From IMG/VR virus record IMGVR_UViG_3300024270_000002: DNA of 64,000 nucleotides. One strand, given 5' to 3'. The DNA comes from a virus. Lineage: Duplodnaviria; Caudoviricetes. The position numbers and the translations under genes are program-made. The notes beneath the pieces are model-generated. The model was not told where the DNA came from. It saw only the letters and a program-made list of their open reading frames with translations, and searched no databases. Below are positions 61,134 through 64,000 of this stretch, in pieces (positions within the stretch are counted from its first letter, which is position 1; the number at the start of each line of letters is the position of its first letter).

Positions 61134-63326
61134 ATGAAGTGTGTAATTTGTGGTAAGGAAATTGAGAAGTCTAGCTACTCTAATAAAGTTCTTTGTTCTT
61201 CTGAATGTTTTAGTGTAGATTTCTGGAATGACTGTTTGGATGATACTGCCATAATCATTGACGGCGAATGTTATCATGATGGAGGCATGAAGCCTAAAAC
61301 TTACACAGGTTTCCTCGGTTTCGGCGGAGCGCTCCACAAAATTAAGCTGAATGATGGAAGAGTTATTGAAACTAATAACTTGTGGTATAATGGAGTAGTT
61401 CCTAAAGAAAGAGGCATTGAAGATAATGCATGTTTTATTAAGCCAGAACCTGTGCATACAGAGGACTTGTTTTAATGACTAGACTTGATAGAGTATTAGA
61501 CCTGATAGATAATTATGATACTTTTGCAGAAGCTTGTATAAGAAGTTTCGGTATTCCTTCTATGATAGAATTTATTACCGAACTTCGAGAAGAAAAAGAA
61601 AAGCTTACTAAAGAACTTATTGAACATGGATGTAGGAGACGAGATTGATGACAAAAACTATTTGTATTAAAAGTAAACGTGAATTTTTGAGTAGAACACC
61701 GGAAGAAATTATTTTTGGTGCCTATAAATTTTCTCCTGCATCTAACGCTGCAACCGTATTTGCTAAGGCTGCTACTATGTATAACAGCAGTAGGGACCAA
61801 GACTTTGCCGTTAAAGTTATTATTAAGCGCACTGACGAAATGGACGCGAAGATTAAAGTGAGTGGTGATAAGCTTTCTGTTCAGGATTTCATTAATCGAG
61901 TAATTACGGAAACAGACTTATTTAAACATTTTGACATAAAAATTTAAGGATGCAGAACTGATGAGAGGATCTACTGGAGTACATGCTGCGCACTGTTGTA
62001 AGTGGCATGGTTGTAAGTACGGCGACCCGGATTGTCCTGTGGTAAATGGAGAAGTTGAGCAGGAATATCCTTGTGAATACTGTAGCGAGCTTCTTAGAGA
62101 AGAGGAGTACTATATAAGGACAGCTCATGAGATAACTGAAATTAAAGAATGGTGGAAGGTTAAGAAGGAGACAAAATGAAAGTTTATTCAATGAAGTATG
62201 ACGACCTAGAGTGCTGGGTTAAGAATAAAGCTAAGCCTGGCGACATCGCCACCCATTATTCTAACAATGGTGAATTTGGTGAGTTCATGTATACTTACTA
62301 TTATACTAAACCTGATGATAACCCTAGATGGCGGATGTGGTCGGACATGAAAAAACTTCAGCAATGGCTTGATGCACTATCTTGCGCTGAGACAGCAATA
62401 AAAAATCTTACATCTATTGATGTTGATATTGACGTAGATAAGTATATAAAAGAAATAAATAAACTAAAAGTAGAGGAAACTAAGATGAACAATAGATGTG
62501 AGAATTGTAAGTACTTTAAGAACGTATCTGGAAGCTTTTCTTGGTGTTCTCATAAAGAGCACGCTGGAGTGTTAGTTCCTGTCTTTACTTCTTGTGCAGA
62601 CCACGAGCCTAAGCAGAAGAGCGAGGCACCTTTCGATAATCTTAAGTTTTTTATTAAGGACAAAAATACTGGAGAGCTTGAGATTAAATACCTTTGTGAA
62701 GATTGTGGCAAGGTAATGGAAGCGCCTTTTCATTGGCAATTTAGAGTGCCTTTTGGACCTAATAAGGATCCTGATAAGAGACCTGGCTATTTGTATTGGT
62801 GCGAGTACTGCTGGGAAAAGGAAAATAAAAAGTAATGAGTAAAGCATTTCAATGTGATAATTGTGGAGACCTTTTTCCAGGCGATGCGCATAAAGTACTT
62901 GAGAATGGCGCCGAGGTTTGCTCAGGTTGTTTTAGAGCAGGTGAAGCATTAGGCTATTTTGCTATGGTAAAGCTTCGTAAAGATAGGCCTGGAGATTGGG
63001 AGCCAAAAGAGTTTCCTCTACATACTGGTTGGCATAGTCAGTGATAAATAAATGTGAATGATCTTTATTAACAGATTGTTCACATTTTATTTTTATATCG
63101 TCCGGCAATAATATTGTATTATATAATAATGAAATTTATTTTGGAGGATATAATGAGCGAGCGAGAGAAGTACGAGAGAGCCTGCCCTTTCTGTGGGGCA
63201 AAGTGTTGGAACTTTGTACCGTGTAATTTGTTCTGTAACTGTAATGCTAAATACTACTACTTTGATAAGGTCTGGCTTGATAGAAACACTGGTAAAGAGG
63301 TCTGGGATAAGGAGACCGAGAAATGA
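61134..63326 (+). other. Small hypothetical CDSs, many Cys-rich (61134, 61475, 61645, 61961, 62176, 62835, about 63152)
   Basis: Packed ORFs with RBSs. Confidence 0.65.
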
Positions 63327-63476
63327 GTGAATGGTGTAAATTTTGTAAGCATGGATATCATCATTTTGAAAAAGGAAAGTGTGTAGTTTATTGTAATTTA
63401 TCAGTTCTTAATTATCCGGTTCCGAAAGACCCGTTTGATACCTGTAAAGACTTTGAAAGTGAGGACGAGGAAGACG

Positions 63477-63743
63477 ATGAGACTGTTTAAGAATCAGGTT
63501 AAGTTTTCTACCGCTCGAAGCTGTCCTTTTTGTGGCGGCATACCTAAGCTATCGAGATGTGGTGATCAGAGAGACCTTTGGTACGTTCGATGTACTGAGT
63601 GTTTTGAGACGCCTATTGACTGGGGCGAAGCAAAAGTAACCCCTGATAAAGCAGTAAAGATTTATAATAAAAGAGCTGATTTTGCTGAGCATCTTATTAG
63701 AATATATAACCGAGTTAAGGAGAAGGAAAATGAAGTACAGTAA
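63477..63743 (+). CDS. Lar-family restriction alleviation-like protein
   Basis: SCPFCGG...WYVRCTEC...AVKIYNKR pattern. Confidence 0.6.
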   Translation: MRLFKNQVKFSTARSCPFCGGIPKLSRCGDQRDLWYVRCTECFETPIDWGEAKVTPDKAVKIYNKRADFAEHLIRIYNRVKEKENEVQ

Positions 63744-64000
63744 AGATGATATTATTGAAGCTCTTAGGTGCTGCAGCCTTAACGGACGTAATTCTTGTGA
63801 AACCTGTCCGCTTAAAGAAGAGTGCGAAGAAAGCCCGCTTGAGAGCGTTCTTGCTAAATATACTTTTGAGGTAGTTGATAAGTTTATGCATGAGAATAGA
63901 GTACTTACCGAGCAGAGAAATACTTATAGAGAATATGCTCTTCAAATGCATGCTATGGTAGAGGATATTAAGGTTAAAGTAGATGAAGGCTATGAGTTTT
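63730..64000 (+). CDS. Hypothetical protein, 3'-truncated
   Basis: MKYSKDDIIEALRCC...CETCP; the frame stays open to the window end. Confidence 0.6.
   Translation, partial: MKYSKDDIIEALRCCSLNGRNSCETCPLKEECEESPLESVLAKYTFEVVDKFMHENRVLTEQRNTYREYALQMHAMVEDIKVKVDEGYEF

Noticed and set aside
1-64000. CRISPR array, tRNA or rRNA genes, integrase or transposase
   Set aside because: No regularly spaced repeats, cloverleaf/T-loop signatures or recombinase motifs were found by eye. tRNAscan and CRISPR finders were not run.
1-64000. Stop-codon reassignment
   Set aside because: Conserved enzymes (NrdD, both ligases, helicase) are full length in the standard code, and coding density is already high.

Overview
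This window is a 64-kb segment of a large, AT-rich, apparently lytic dsDNA phage. The inferred host is an anaerobic Firmicute: GGAGG ribosome-binding sites, sigmaA-type TG-n-TATAAT promoters and a class III ribonucleotide reductase point that way. Nearly all real genes are on the + strand. The left end (1-8.7 kb) holds tail, fibre and adhesin-like genes: an SGNH/YadA-head fibre, a protein with two Hint domains, a BspA leucine-rich-repeat protein and a collagen-like protein. These are followed by a NadR-PnuC NAD salvage cassette, an AT-rich candidate origin next to an SNF2 helicase, nrdD, a sigma-70-like factor, a wHTH replication-initiator-like gene, a DNA ligase, about 100 small hypothetical genes, an FAD-oxidoreductase/class II aldolase/kinase trio and an Rnl1-like RNA ligase. 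The non-coding DNA shows three promoter classes: TTTACA-N17-TATAAT, a -35-less YYGTATWAT, and GCTAAATTA. The most notable candidate system is a set of promoter-driven, ORF-free small RNAs carrying anti-Shine-Dalgarno (CCUCC/CCCCC) tracts. One is complementary at 16/17 nt to the RBS of a phage early gene, and one closely mimics the 16S rRNA 3' end. A second candidate is a scattered GCTAAATTA-driven regulon of putative capsid-packaged proteins carrying L/I-x-E protease sites. All functional calls come from reading motifs by eye; no database searches were run.
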